A stretch of 64,000 bases of DNA from Candidatus Bipolaricaulota bacterium (GCA_018400715.1 JAGYME010000004.1:11468-75467); one strand, 5' to 3'; shown: positions 41,517 to 51,846, counted from the first letter of the stretch. Notes: generated by a model from the letters alone, not told the origin. Program-made: numbers and translations.

Positions 41517-41849
41517 TTAGGTCATGTCCTCCAGTGCTTCCAGGACGAGTCCCGCATGCATTAACGCCGGGCCTCCACCCATCAGGACTGCTACCCAGGC
41601 GGCTTCACGGATTTCGTCCTCCGTTGCCCCTGCCTCAAGGGCGTTGTTCACGTGAAACGCGATACACCACTCGCACTGCTCCGTTATTGCGGTACCGATC
41701 GCGATCAACTCCTTTGTCTTAGCCGACAAGACGTCTTCTTTTTCTATCGCTTCCATCATGTTCTGAAAGCTTTCCATGCTGTCCGGGTTGGTTTTTCCGA
41801 ATTCTTTCATCCATCCCTGTGCTCTTTCCAGTGCTTTTCTTGAACTCAT
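41517..41849 (-). CDS. AhpD/carboxymuconolactone decarboxylase family protein
   Basis: KTKELIAIG..QCEWCIAFH..A...GAT..EI.EA. Confidence 0.9.
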   Translation of the reverse strand: MSSRKALERAQGWMKEFGKTNPDSMESFQNMMEAIEKEDVLSAKTKELIAIGTAITEQCEWCIAFHVNNALEAGATEDEIREAAWVAVLMGGGPALMHAGLVLEALEDMT

Positions 41850-42072
41850 TATTAATCACTCCTTTATGTATATATGATAAGTTCTGACTACATATTTTCC
41901 AGGGAGCTTTAAATGTCAAAGGACGGTTTAAGCCGGGGTTCTGTCTGCAACTTCCTCCGGAGGTGGGTGATGAGATTTTGACCGGGAGTTACGTCCGTTT
42001 CGGGTTTGTTATTGGCTCATATGCTGGGTAAGATTCAAATAATCGAAGAAAATAACGAGGAGGTAGGGCGAT

Positions 42073-43062
42073 ATGCCGGCAAATCTGCCGCCAGAATATC
42101 TGGAAGCTGAAGAAGAGTTCCGCCAAGCGGATTCCAAGGACGAGAAGGTAAATGCACTTCAGCGGATGCTATCCCTGTTACCGAACCACAAGGGTACGGA
42201 CAAAATTGAGGCGGATATCCGGAGGCGGATTTCTAAGCTGAAGAAGAGTTCCGCCAAGAAGAAAGGCCCCACCAGGGCTAAGACCCCTGACCAGATTGAA
42301 TCTCAAGGGGTGGGGCAGGTCGTCCTAAGCGGAATGCCTAACACGGGAAAGTCTGCCCTGCTCGACATCCTCACCAACGCCAATCCCAACGTGGCTGACT
42401 TCCCCTTTTCTACATATGGTCCGACGATCGGCATGATGGATTACGAAGACGTCCAAATTCAGCTCATCGATACCCCACCACTTTCTGAAGAACACGTGGA
42501 GAACTGGGTGTTCAACCTGATTAGGAAGGTCGATCTCGTCACCCTTCTCGTCGATGGTTCGGTAGACGAACCCTTGAAGCAGTACGCGAAATCACTGGAC
42601 CTCCTTGCTGATGAGGGAATATATCTTTTTCCACCGGAAGCGGACTTCAAGATAGATGAGATAGGGCGGACCAACAGGAGAGGTTTGGCCGTCCTTACCA
42701 AGGACGACGAACCAACGGCTGAAGGGGTATGCGGGAGACTGGAGCAAGAAGCGGATTTGCCCGTCGCCCCCGTGTCTATCCTGGAGGAGGATACGCTGAA
42801 GGAGTTCGCAAAATTAGTATTTGAGAGTCTGGAAAAAATCAGGGTGTATACTAAAAAGCCAGGTGAGGAACCAGATCTCCACGAGCCCTACCTGCTCGAT
42901 AGAGGCAGTACGGTAATAGAGGCCGTCAGGTCCATTCATAGGGATCTCGTTAAGGAGCTCGATTACGTAAGAATTTGGGGTTCAGGCAGGTTTGACGGGC
43001 AGGAGGTGGCTCAGGATCACGTCCTTGAGGACGGTGATATCATTGAGATACATGACAAGTGA
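42073..43062 (+). CDS. DRG-like GTPase with TGS domain
   Basis: MPANLPPEY, PNHKGTDK, GMPNTGKS, YTKKPG, C-terminal TGS H.L.DGD. Confidence 0.88.
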   Translation: MPANLPPEYLEAEEEFRQADSKDEKVNALQRMLSLLPNHKGTDKIEADIRRRISKLKKSSAKKKGPTRAKTPDQIESQGVGQVVLSGMPNTGKSALLDILTNANPNVADFPFSTYGPTIGMMDYEDVQIQLIDTPPLSEEHVENWVFNLIRKVDLVTLLVDGSVDEPLKQYAKSLDLLADEGIYLFPPEADFKIDEIGRTNRRGLAVLTKDDEPTAEGVCGRLEQEADLPVAPVSILEEDTLKEFAKLVFESLEKIRVYTKKPGEEPDLHEPYLLDRGSTVIEAVRSIHRDLVKELDYVRIWGSGRFDGQEVAQDHVLEDGDIIEIHDK

Positions 43063-43085
43063 CCTACCATGAACGCGCGAGAAAG

Positions 43086-44546
43086 TTACGAAAGAGGGCT
43101 TCCCTTGATGATGTTTTCCGCCTCAGCTATCGCTTCTTGCCGACTGGTGATATCACCAGCGTAGATCATCTCGTGTAATTCATCGAGAACCTCACCCAGT
43201 CTTGGCCCCTCCGACAGACCCAGGTTCTTGAGGTCGTCACCGTTAATAAGCTTCCGCGCGGTTCCCAGGTCCTCCAGGTCCTGGAGGTGTAGTAGCAGCT
43301 TCGTGAGGCGCTCGACTACCGGAAGCCAACCCTTCGAGCCGTGAACGCTGGCTTCGCTGTCGGCGATTATCGTCTGCAGTAACGATGTAAAGTAGTTGAA
43401 CCTCTCCGCCGGGCGGACTATTGGAAACTCCTCCTCCTGGTTGTACCTTACAAGCTTTACCTGTTTGGCTCGTTTCATCTCCTGGAGGATCGAGCCCCTC
43501 ATGTGGTTCCCGACTATCCACGTTAATTTCTTCGTTTCTTTGTTGGACAGCCGTAACCTCTTAGCTATCCTGCCTGCCTGTTTCTGCCCGATCAACTCGT
43601 GCCCACCCAGGTGTCCCCCCTTGTTTCTCCGATAAGCTTCCGCCTTCCCCACGTCGTGGAGAAATGTGGCCAGTTTAACCAACGGCGTGAACCTTAACCT
43701 GTCCGCGACCTCAAGAGCTTGGAAGCTGTGCTCGAGTACGTCGCCTTCCGGATGGTATTCCTCCGGCTGAGGCACTCCGTCGTTGTCGGCCATCTCAGGG
43801 ATGATCTCTTTCAGCAACCCTAATTCATGGCAGGTCCTCATACCCCAGGCCGATCTGGGGGTTTCGAGGATTTTAAATAGCTCCAGATTTATTCTCTCCC
43901 AGGATATGCGGGTTATCTCCTCGGAAAGGTGATCGATTGCCTTATAGGTTTCTTCCTCTATTGCTGCGTCGAGATCGCAGGAGATTCTGATCCCCCTTAG
44001 AGGTCTGAGGTAATCCTCCTGAAATCGATCGATCGGGTCCCCAATTGCCCTGATGACTCGATTTCTTAAGTCCTCGATCCCGCCGACGAAGTCGTAAATT
44101 CTGCCCTCAAGGTTGACGGCTATTCCGTTCACCGTGAAGTCGCGCCTTTCGATGTCCTCCTCAAGGGAATCTACCAGTTTAACCTGGTCCGGCCGTCGGC
44201 CGTCGTATCCCGATTCGCTGCGATACTGAGCGATTTCGTATTCCCTGCCGTCAGGGGCGATGGCGATGAGGACGCCAAATTCCTCTCCGACGCCTACGAA
44301 GTTGAACCCGGGTAGGTGCGATCTAATTTGGTCCAGGCCGGCCGACGTGGCGATGTCAACGTCCGTCTTCTCAGGATCGAATTCGTAATCGTTGAATATT
44401 AAAGACCGCAATAGGTCGCGGATTGCCCCACCAACTATTACGGCTTGAAAGCCCGATTTTGATAAGTTGGCAAGGATCTCCTCGGCATACGGCTGATGTT
44501 CAAATAGTCCCGAGAGGTCAACTTGGTCCATTCTTAACCTGTTCAA
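43086..44546 (-). CDS. cca: CCA tRNA nucleotidyltransferase with HD domain
   Basis: VGGAIRD, DVDIAT, RRDFTVN, FQEDYLR.LR, HPEGDV..HS, LHDVGK; alternative start 44531. Confidence 0.9.
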   Translation of the reverse strand: MNRLRMDQVDLSGLFEHQPYAEEILANLSKSGFQAVIVGGAIRDLLRSLIFNDYEFDPEKTDVDIATSAGLDQIRSHLPGFNFVGVGEEFGVLIAIAPDGREYEIAQYRSESGYDGRRPDQVKLVDSLEEDIERRDFTVNGIAVNLEGRIYDFVGGIEDLRNRVIRAIGDPIDRFQEDYLRPLRGIRISCDLDAAIEEETYKAIDHLSEEITRISWERINLELFKILETPRSAWGMRTCHELGLLKEIIPEMADNDGVPQPEEYHPEGDVLEHSFQALEVADRLRFTPLVKLATFLHDVGKAEAYRRNKGGHLGGHELIGQKQAGRIAKRLRLSNKETKKLTWIVGNHMRGSILQEMKRAKQVKLVRYNQEEEFPIVRPAERFNYFTSLLQTIIADSEASVHGSKGWLPVVERLTKLLLHLQDLEDLGTARKLINGDDLKNLGLSEGPRLGEVLDELHEMIYAGDITSRQEAIAEAENIIKGSPLS

Positions 44547-44555
44547 TTTAGGTGA

Positions 44556-44990
44556 TCAAAATTTGAACATGTCCCTCAACTTGGATATAAAAGACGAACT
44601 TTCTTCTCTTGTCATTTCCTCGTAATCTGCGCCGTCGAGGACCCTCCCCTCGTTTTCTGCCAACTCAACCATTTCCTCCCATTTGTTGTTCTCCTTGATC
44701 GACTTTTCCCACTCCTCGGCAAACTGAGTTAACGTCTTCAGGGCCTTGTCGACGCTGAAACCGCCGCCCGGGCGCGGGGATTGTTGCAGGTCCTTACGAA
44801 GTTCACCCAGTCCTCCTGGCAAAGGCCTGATATGCACCTTGTCCTCAAGCCTGACGGGTACGAAAGTCGTCGCTTCACTTATCAGTCCGTAAGTGGAAAG
44901 GTTTATGGAATTGAGGGGCAACTTCTTCGTGAAATCGTTGTCAGTGCGAATGAATTCCTGCTTGACAAATTCTCGCCATTCTTGTGCCAT
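44556..44990 (-). CDS. Hypothetical protein
   Basis: 144-aa ORF with GGAGG RBS filling the ribF-cca gap; no recognised motif. Confidence 0.7.
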   Translation of the reverse strand: MAQEWREFVKQEFIRTDNDFTKKLPLNSINLSTYGLISEATTFVPVRLEDKVHIRPLPGGLGELRKDLQQSPRPGGGFSVDKALKTLTQFAEEWEKSIKENNKWEEMVELAENEGRVLDGADYEEMTREESSSFISKLRDMFKF

Positions 44991-45047
44991 AACTACCTCC
45001 TTAATGCCTACAGTGTTTGGGAGTTCTCACTCACCGCTGGGATAAAT

Positions 45048-45938
45048 TTAGTCTGAGAGGATTTCTCTCGCCTGCTCTACAATTCTCTTGATAGCCCCGC
45101 TAAGTTCTGCCCTGTCACGGTAACGAATGCTCGGAGAGATAAATTTTATCAAATCTAGTTCGACGTCCTCCCCGTAAATATCATTATCGAAGTCAAAAAT
45201 GTGAACTTCAACCTGCGTCTTAGACTCGTTAAACGTCGGTTTCTGGCCAACGTAAACTACTCCTTTATGGCTCTCGCCGTTGACTCTGACGAGTGCAGCG
45301 TAACTACCCGACGCTGGTCTGACGACCCGTTCGTCTACGTTCAAGTTGGCTGTGGGGAAGCCGATGTCCCGACCAATTCGGTTCCCGCCGACTACCTCCC
45401 CGTAGATCGCTGGGGGGTTGCCTAAGAGTTCTCGGGCCCGCTGGACGTTTCCTCTCTCCATTTCTCGTCTTATCCACGTGCTGCTGATGGCCCTCCCTTC
45501 ACTCTTTACTTGCTCTATTGGGTGTATCGTGAACCTTCCGTCCGAGAGTGTGTAAAGTTTGTCTAAGGAACCAGCCCTGTTAGCCCCGAACCTCCAGTCG
45601 GTGCCGACAATTATCGCTCCTACGTGGAGTTCCTGGACAAGCACATTTTCCACGAATTTCCTGGGGCTATAGTCTTTTACCTCTTCAAAATCGTGGACTA
45701 CCACCTCGTCGACGTATCCTTTGAGGGTACGAATCTTCTCTTTGGGGGGCATCAGCAGTGGCGGTCGGTTTCCGGTAAAGTACCGCCGTGGGGGTATTCG
45801 GTAGGTATACGCGGCGCTGGTCAAACCCCTCTCCCTGGCGACCTTTTTAGTCTCCGACAGTAAGGCCTGATGACCAAGATGGACCCCGTCAAAGGTTCCA
45901 ACCGCCAGCGCGACGTTGATAGTATCAAAGTTATGCAT
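45048..45938 (-). CDS. ribF: Riboflavin kinase/FAD synthetase
   Basis: GTFDGVHLGHQ, DWRFG, ISST.IR, GFPTAN, VEVHIFDF..DIYG. Confidence 0.97.
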   Translation of the reverse strand: MHNFDTINVALAVGTFDGVHLGHQALLSETKKVARERGLTSAAYTYRIPPRRYFTGNRPPLLMPPKEKIRTLKGYVDEVVVHDFEEVKDYSPRKFVENVLVQELHVGAIIVGTDWRFGANRAGSLDKLYTLSDGRFTIHPIEQVKSEGRAISSTWIRREMERGNVQRARELLGNPPAIYGEVVGGNRIGRDIGFPTANLNVDERVVRPASGSYAALVRVNGESHKGVVYVGQKPTFNESKTQVEVHIFDFDNDIYGEDVELDLIKFISPSIRYRDRAELSGAIKRIVEQAREILSD

Positions 45939-46899
45939 TTATACGTTTGTTTACCTCGGAGAGGACCCGTTTTCGTACCTTTTCCAACTCTCCTTCGACG
46001 AGGCAACCAGCGGCTACGGTATGGCCTCCTCCTCCGAACTTGCTGGCTACCTGGCTGACGTCAAAGCCTCCCTTTGACCTCAGTGAAACCTTGACTCTAT
46101 TTTCGGGTAGTTCCTTGAATACACAGGCAACCATCGCTCCCTCCGTCGTCCGAAGGGTGCCGATTATTCCCTCGGTATCCTCGCCGGTTGCGTTAACTTC
46201 TTCCAGAAGGGAAGGAGTTATCGTTGTCCAGACGACTCCGTTTTCAAATTCCGCCTCCGAGAGGACCTTGCCCAGCAACTGGAGCTTTGTGAATGGTTCC
46301 CGTTCGTAAAGGTTAACTATGACTGACCTCGCGTTGGCGCCACTCCGTAGGAGATTTGCTGACCTTTCCATTACTTCTGGGCCCACGTTATCGTTTCTGA
46401 AAGAGGAGGTGTCGGCGATTATTCCTGCGTAAAGTGCTGTTGCCATGGGTTCGTCAAGGTTTAGGCCCATGTACTCGATCAGTTCGGCGATTATTTCTGT
46501 CGTTGCGGCGACGTCCTGGACGTGATTGATAACTCCGAAGTTGTCATTGTCTTTGTGATGGTCAATGTTGATTATCGGTAGTCCCGCGAACAATCTCTTG
46601 CCCGCGTTGCCAAGCCGGTCAAGGTCGCTACAATCGACAACTATACCTACTTCGACCCCAGATAACTCGTTTTCGTCTATCTTACCGGGTTTCTTGACCG
46701 CATCAGCTCCTTTTAGAAAGGAGAGATTTCTGGGGACGCCGTCTACGTTTACCAGAATAGTCTTCTTGCCCCGCTGACGGAGTGCCCGACTTAGTCCTAG
46801 TTGGCTGCCTATCGCGTCAGCCTCCGGGCTGCGGTGAGAGCCAATGATGAACTTCTCGTGGCGAGAGATTACGTCTTCTACCTCTTTAAGTCTGTTCAT
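45931..46899 (-). CDS. DHH/DHHA1 phosphoesterase (NrnA-like nanoRNase/pAp phosphatase)
   Basis: H..P..DA.GS, VDC, IDHH, DT..F, SLRS..GGGGH..AAG. Confidence 0.93.
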   Translation of the reverse strand: MNRLKEVEDVISRHEKFIIGSHRSPEADAIGSQLGLSRALRQRGKKTILVNVDGVPRNLSFLKGADAVKKPGKIDENELSGVEVGIVVDCSDLDRLGNAGKRLFAGLPIINIDHHKDNDNFGVINHVQDVAATTEIIAELIEYMGLNLDEPMATALYAGIIADTSSFRNDNVGPEVMERSANLLRSGANARSVIVNLYEREPFTKLQLLGKVLSEAEFENGVVWTTITPSLLEEVNATGEDTEGIIGTLRTTEGAMVACVFKELPENRVKVSLRSKGGFDVSQVASKFGGGGHTVAAGCLVEGELEKVRKRVLSEVNKRINA

Positions 46900-47061
46900 G
46901 AATAAATCCTTTCCTCACAAAAGGTGAGATTTTGGTGAGTTAAAAACTAATAACGAAGGTATCCAAAAACCAATATGTAGGTAATTATATCGAGAGCAGA
47001 TAGTTAATTCAAAATAGAGGTAGTTGCAGTTCCTCAGGGTTGGCGTTTACAATATTTTATC

Positions 47062-48084
47062 ATGGACTTCGAAGAAGATAACGAAAGAGCGGTGAGTCCG
47101 GAAAGGAAATCGGAGGACACGGGCTTGAACAACCTTCGGCCCAAAAGCCTTGATGACTTCATCGGTCAAGAGGACGTTAAACAGCGACTCTCAATTTTAC
47201 TTGAAGCTGCGCTGAATCGAGGGGGGACCGTTGACCATATATTGTTTCACGGTCCTCCGGGACTGGGAAAGACGACCCTTGCCCACATAGTAGCCTATGA
47301 AATGGGGGTAAATATTAAGACTACTTCCGGTCCCGCAATCGACAAACCGGGAGATCTGGCAGCGATAGTCAGCAACTTGACCCCCGGAGACATCCTCTTT
47401 ATTGACGAGATACACCGTCTGAGGCGAAACGTCGAGGAGGTTCTCTACCCGGCGATGGAGGACTTCAAAATCGATATAGTAATCGGAGAGGGACCTAGCG
47501 CCCAGTCGATCAGGCTGGACGTCCCCCCATTTACCCTGATCGGAGCGACTACGAGGACCGGGTTGCTTACCTCGCCCCTGAGGGATCGCTTCGAAGTCGT
47601 GCTCCACCTCGAATTTTACGACGTCCCGGCGATCGAGAAGATAGTCTTGAGGGGCGCTAACCTACTGGACGTTGAGATTAACGATGGCAGGGGTGGAGCC
47701 AATGAGATCGCCCGGCGGTCACGGGGAACGCCGAGAATTGCCAACAGGTTGTTAAAAAGGACAAGAGATTATGCTGAGGTCCGTGCGGACGGATATATCG
47801 ACCGAGAGGTTGCCAGAGAAGCGCTGGAGATGCTTGGTATCGACGGAAGCGGGCTGGACAAACTGGACCGGCGAATATTGGAGACCATTACCGAGAACTT
47901 CGACGGCGGGCCGGTGGGGCTGGATACCATATCCGCTGCCCTGTCCGAGCAAAAAGACACGATCTCCGAGGTATACGAGCCTTACCTGTTGACGAAGGGA
48001 TTTATCGAACGGACCAGCCAGGGAAGGAAAATCACCAAAAAAGGTCTCGAACACCTGGGTTATGACGACAACAGGCTGCTTTGA
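47062..48084 (+). CDS. ruvB: Holliday junction helicase
   Basis: [53 protein letters not shown]. Confidence 0.98.
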   Translation: MDFEEDNERAVSPERKSEDTGLNNLRPKSLDDFIGQEDVKQRLSILLEAALNRGGTVDHILFHGPPGLGKTTLAHIVAYEMGVNIKTTSGPAIDKPGDLAAIVSNLTPGDILFIDEIHRLRRNVEEVLYPAMEDFKIDIVIGEGPSAQSIRLDVPPFTLIGATTRTGLLTSPLRDRFEVVLHLEFYDVPAIEKIVLRGANLLDVEINDGRGGANEIARRSRGTPRIANRLLKRTRDYAEVRADGYIDREVAREALEMLGIDGSGLDKLDRRILETITENFDGGPVGLDTISAALSEQKDTISEVYEPYLLTKGFIERTSQGRKITKKGLEHLGYDDNRLL

Positions 48085-48100
48085 GGGCTTTGACCTGATC

Positions 48101-48115
48101 AGATAATAATTATCA
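48101..48115. promoter_or_regulatory. Fur-like 7-1-7 box upstream of uvrB
   Basis: AGATAATAATTATCA versus TGATAATNATTATCA; one mismatch. Confidence 0.4.
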
Positions 48116-48182
48116 TCTCTACTCCTCGGTTTCCCGCTCTTACGGCTGATAAGGGGCACTCCTTTCGGTAGTATTTAACGCT

Positions 48183-50177
48183 ATGGGCAAAGAAAATTTT
48201 ATTCTCGAAACTGACAAGGAACCCAAAGGGGACCAGCCGGAAGCTATCTCCCAGCTGACTAGAGGGGTGGAGAAAGGGATGAAGCACCAGACCCTCCTGG
48301 GAGCCACAGGCACCGGCAAGACCTTTTCCATGGCAAACGTGATCGAAAACGTCCAAAAACCGACTCTTGTAATTGCCCACAACAAGACCCTTACCGCGCA
48401 ACTGTGGAACGAGTTCAACGAACTCTTCCCCCACAACGCCGTTCATTATTTTGTCTCCTACTACGATTATTACCAGCCCGAGGCGTACGTTCCGGAAACT
48501 GACACCTATATCGAGAAGGATTCTTCGATAAACGATGAGATAGACAGGTTAAGGCATCGCGCGACCTCTGCCCTGTTTGAAAGGGAAGACGTAATTATTG
48601 TTGCCAGCGTCTCCTGTATTTACGGCCTCGGCTCCCCGAGCGCGTACGAGGACATGGCCCGGCCACTCGCCCTGGAAGCCAAGCTGGACAGGGATGACCT
48701 CCTTGGGAGCCTGGTTGACCTGCAGTACACGAGAAACGACGTTAACCCCACCCGCGGAACCTTCAGGGTTCGGGGCGATACTATAGAGATCGTCCCCATA
48801 TACGGAGAGGAGACGATCCGGGTCGAGTTCTTTGGGAACGTGATTGACAGGATTACGCTGGTGGACTCCTTGACCGGAAGGAAGATCAAGGAGAAGGAAA
48901 AGGTCGTAATCTACCCGGCCACGCACTTCATTACCTCTAAGGCTCGCCTCGACAAGACTATCGAAGCCATAAAGGAGGAGCTCGAAGAGAGGCTTGAACT
49001 CTGCAGAAAGAATGGCAAACTGCTCGAGGCTCAGAGACTGGAACAGAGAACTAAATACGACCTGGAGATGATGGAGGAACTGGGATACTGCAAGGGAATC
49101 GAAAACTATTCCCGGTACCTGACCGACAGGGACCCGGGCGAACCACCTTATACTTTGATTGACTACTTTCCGGACGACTTCTTAATAATAATTGACGAAT
49201 CCCATCAAACTATTCCCCAGATAGGCGGTATGTACAACGGAGATAGGTCGAGGAAGGAGACGCTCGTAGAACACGGCTACAGGTTGCCATCTGCCCTGGA
49301 TAACCGCCCGTTGAAGTTTAACGAGTTCGAGGACCGGATAAACCAGGTTATCTATACTTCAGCCACGCCCGGCCCGTATGAGTACGAACACAGCGAGCAG
49401 GTCGTGGAGCAGATAATTAGGCCGACAGGTCTGGTTGATCCCCAGGTGGAGGTCCGACCAATAGAAAATCAGGTTGATGACCTGCTGAACGAGATAGACG
49501 TCGTGACGGGGCGTGACGAGAGGGTGCTGGTGACGACACTCACGAAAAAGATGGCCGAGGAACTCTCCGACTACTTTCTCGAGGTCGGAGTAAAGGCCAG
49601 ATACCTGCACTCCGAAATTGACACCCTGGAGCGCGTGAAGATATTGAGGGAGTTGAGACAGGGCAAGTTCAACGTCCTCGTGGGGATTAACCTGTTGCGG
49701 GAGGGTCTCGATTTACCGGAAACGTCTCTCGTAGCGATATTGGACGCGGATAAGGAGGGTTTTCTCCGGTCCGACACCTCTCTCATTCAAACGATGGGGA
49801 GGGCAGCACGGAACGTTAGCGGCAAAGTTATTCTCTACGCAGACAGGATGACTGATTCCATGAGGAGGGCGATAGACGAGACTAACCGGCGTCGGGAGAT
49901 ACAAATTGCCTACAACGAGGAACACGATATCGAACCGGAGACGATCAAGAAAGAGATAACCGACATCGCGCAGTTGATTGAGCCCGACTCTACCGAAGAG
50001 GTGCCGATCTACGAGCAGAGCGAAGTCCAAGAGATGAGTGAGGATCAGATCTACGACCTGGTACAAAGGCTCGAAGAATCAATGAAAGAGGCCGCTGAAA
50101 GACTCGAGTTTGAGAAAGCGGCGGCTTATCGAGACGAGATCGAGGAGCTAAAATCGGAGTTGGTCCGCCTTAATTAG
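48183..50177 (+). CDS. uvrB: Excinuclease ABC subunit B
   Basis: [41 protein letters not shown]-terminal UVR domain. Confidence 0.99.
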   Translation: MGKENFILETDKEPKGDQPEAISQLTRGVEKGMKHQTLLGATGTGKTFSMANVIENVQKPTLVIAHNKTLTAQLWNEFNELFPHNAVHYFVSYYDYYQPEAYVPETDTYIEKDSSINDEIDRLRHRATSALFEREDVIIVASVSCIYGLGSPSAYEDMARPLALEAKLDRDDLLGSLVDLQYTRNDVNPTRGTFRVRGDTIEIVPIYGEETIRVEFFGNVIDRITLVDSLTGRKIKEKEKVVIYPATHFITSKARLDKTIEAIKEELEERLELCRKNGKLLEAQRLEQRTKYDLEMMEELGYCKGIENYSRYLTDRDPGEPPYTLIDYFPDDFLIIIDESHQTIPQIGGMYNGDRSRKETLVEHGYRLPSALDNRPLKFNEFEDRINQVIYTSATPGPYEYEHSEQVVEQIIRPTGLVDPQVEVRPIENQVDDLLNEIDVVTGRDERVLVTTLTKKMAEELSDYFLEVGVKARYLHSEIDTLERVKILRELRQGKFNVLVGINLLREGLDLPETSLVAILDADKEGFLRSDTSLIQTMGRAARNVSGKVILYADRMTDSMRRAIDETNRRREIQIAYNEEHDIEPETIKKEITDIAQLIEPDSTEEVPIYEQSEVQEMSEDQIYDLVQRLEESMKEAAERLEFEKAAAYRDEIEELKSELVRLN

Positions 50178-50228
50178 ATGGCTTCTTCATTATATAGAAC
50201 TACTTACTCAGAAAATTATCTTTGTAAT

Positions 50229-50256
50229 TTGCACTTTAGAGGTTTACCTCTATAAT
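50229..50256 (+). promoter_or_regulatory. Putative gltX promoter with a palindrome in the spacer
   Basis: TTGCAC-N16-TATAAT; TAGAGGT-TT-ACCTCTA at 50237-50252. Confidence 0.5.
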
Positions 50257-50324
50257 ATTTAAGATAGCGTCATCATTATCATTATCTTTATCTTTTGTAG
50301 ATAAATCAGCTGGAGGAAATATCT

Positions 50325-51752
50325 GTGAAGACGAAAAGAGTTCGTTTTGCTCCCTCTCCCACTGGTTGGTTGCACGTGGGAGGAGCGAGAACTGCATTAT
50401 TTAATTGGTTGTTCGCGAAAAAGCACGAGGGGAAGTTGATTCTTAGGATTGAGGACACTGACGTTGAGAGGTCCAGCGAGGAGTACACGGATAGCATCAA
50501 GGAGGACCTTAAGTGGCTTGGTATCAAGTGGGATGAGTACTACCGCCAATCGGACCGGCTGGAAATTTACGAACGGTACGCCCGCAAACTGGTGCACGAG
50601 GGAAAAGCTTACCATTGCTATTGTACCGAGGAGGAGCTGGAAGAGAGGAGAAAGAAGGCTATAGAGGAGGGCCGCCCCCCGGTATACGATGGTAGGTGCA
50701 GAAACTTGACCGAGGAGGAGAAGAAGCGCTTCGAGGACGAGGGAAGAGAACCCACGATAAGGTTTAAGTTGCCCGAGCAACAGCCACATGTCGTAGTTCC
50801 CGATGAGATCAAGGGCGATATCGAGTTCGACAGCTTGACCACAGGGGACTTCGTGATTTTGAAATCCGATGGAACCCCGAGCTACAACTTCGCCTGCGTA
50901 CTCGATGACCACCTGATGGAAATTAGCTTCGTTCTCCGCGCTGAGGATCACCTAACTAATACTGCAAAACAGATGTTTCTCTACGAGGCGCTGGGTTTTG
51001 AGCAGCCCAAGTTCGGGCATCTTTCCATGTTGCTCGGTCCGGATAAATCCAAGCTAAGCAAGAGGAGCGGCGCTACTTCGGTAAGGGAGTTCAGAAAGAA
51101 TGGCTACCTGCCCGAGGCGATGGTTAACCACCTTGCCCTACTGGGGTGGTCTTCTAAGGACCAGCAAGAGATTTTCTCCCGGGAAGAGTTAATCGAGAAG
51201 TTCTCTCTCGACAATATCGTCGATAGTCCGCAGGTTTTCGACAGGGAAAAGCTGGATTGGTTTAACGGACAGTATATTAAGGAGGTTGAACTGGAAAGGT
51301 TTGTCGAACTGGCCACTCCGTTTCTCGAGGGGTCCGAGTCCGTCGATGAAGCGTCTTTGAAGGAGCTTGGAGATGAGAGGTTGCGTAGGGCTCTGGACCT
51401 GGTCCGCCCTTCGGTTAGCAAGCTGAGCGAGCTGGTTGATAACGAGGACATGGCGATATTCTTTGAGGGCCTGGAATTGACGGATGAGGCGGAAGAGGTC
51501 CTGTCGTGGGAGGATTCGGATCGCGTTCTCCGAGCAATAGTAACGAGGTTTTCTGGTATGGAGGAATTGACTCCGGAGGAAGTCTCGGAATCAGTTAAGG
51601 AGACCAAGGAAGAGATCGATACAGGTTACAAACAAGTATATAAACCGTTGCGTGCTGCCGTGACCGGTAAGATATCGGGTCCGGAGATTAAGGAAGTTAT
51701 CAGCATACTTGGACCGGAAAAGACCGTAAACCGGATAAATTCGGTACTTTAG
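50325..51752 (+). CDS. gltX: Glutamate--tRNA ligase
   Basis: RFAPSPTG.LHVGG, RIEDTD, KLSKR, PLRAAVTG..GP. Confidence 0.98.
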   Translation: MKTKRVRFAPSPTGWLHVGGARTALFNWLFAKKHEGKLILRIEDTDVERSSEEYTDSIKEDLKWLGIKWDEYYRQSDRLEIYERYARKLVHEGKAYHCYCTEEELEERRKKAIEEGRPPVYDGRCRNLTEEEKKRFEDEGREPTIRFKLPEQQPHVVVPDEIKGDIEFDSLTTGDFVILKSDGTPSYNFACVLDDHLMEISFVLRAEDHLTNTAKQMFLYEALGFEQPKFGHLSMLLGPDKSKLSKRSGATSVREFRKNGYLPEAMVNHLALLGWSSKDQQEIFSREELIEKFSLDNIVDSPQVFDREKLDWFNGQYIKEVELERFVELATPFLEGSESVDEASLKELGDERLRRALDLVRPSVSKLSELVDNEDMAIFFEGLELTDEAEEVLSWEDSDRVLRAIVTRFSGMEELTPEEVSESVKETKEEIDTGYKQVYKPLRAAVTGKISGPEIKEVISILGPEKTVNRINSVL

Positions 51753-51846
51753 GCGCAACTGTGAGTTACCAGGGGCAACCTTTTGCCCGTGGGTATGATT
51801 ATTTTACATACTTAATAACCCATAACAAAGCTTAGGAGGTTTGTTA

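Noticed and set aside
41719-41919. Frameshifted partner of the AhpD-like gene
   Set aside because: The AhpD-like ORF is complete with its own RBS; the other frame has no motif
46900-48182. LexA boxes upstream of ruvB or uvrB
   Set aside because: No AAAC-N4-GTTT or GAAC-N4-GTTC match found by eye
50178-50324. Replication origin in the AT-rich gap
   Set aside because: No DnaA boxes seen and no dnaA/dnaN nearby
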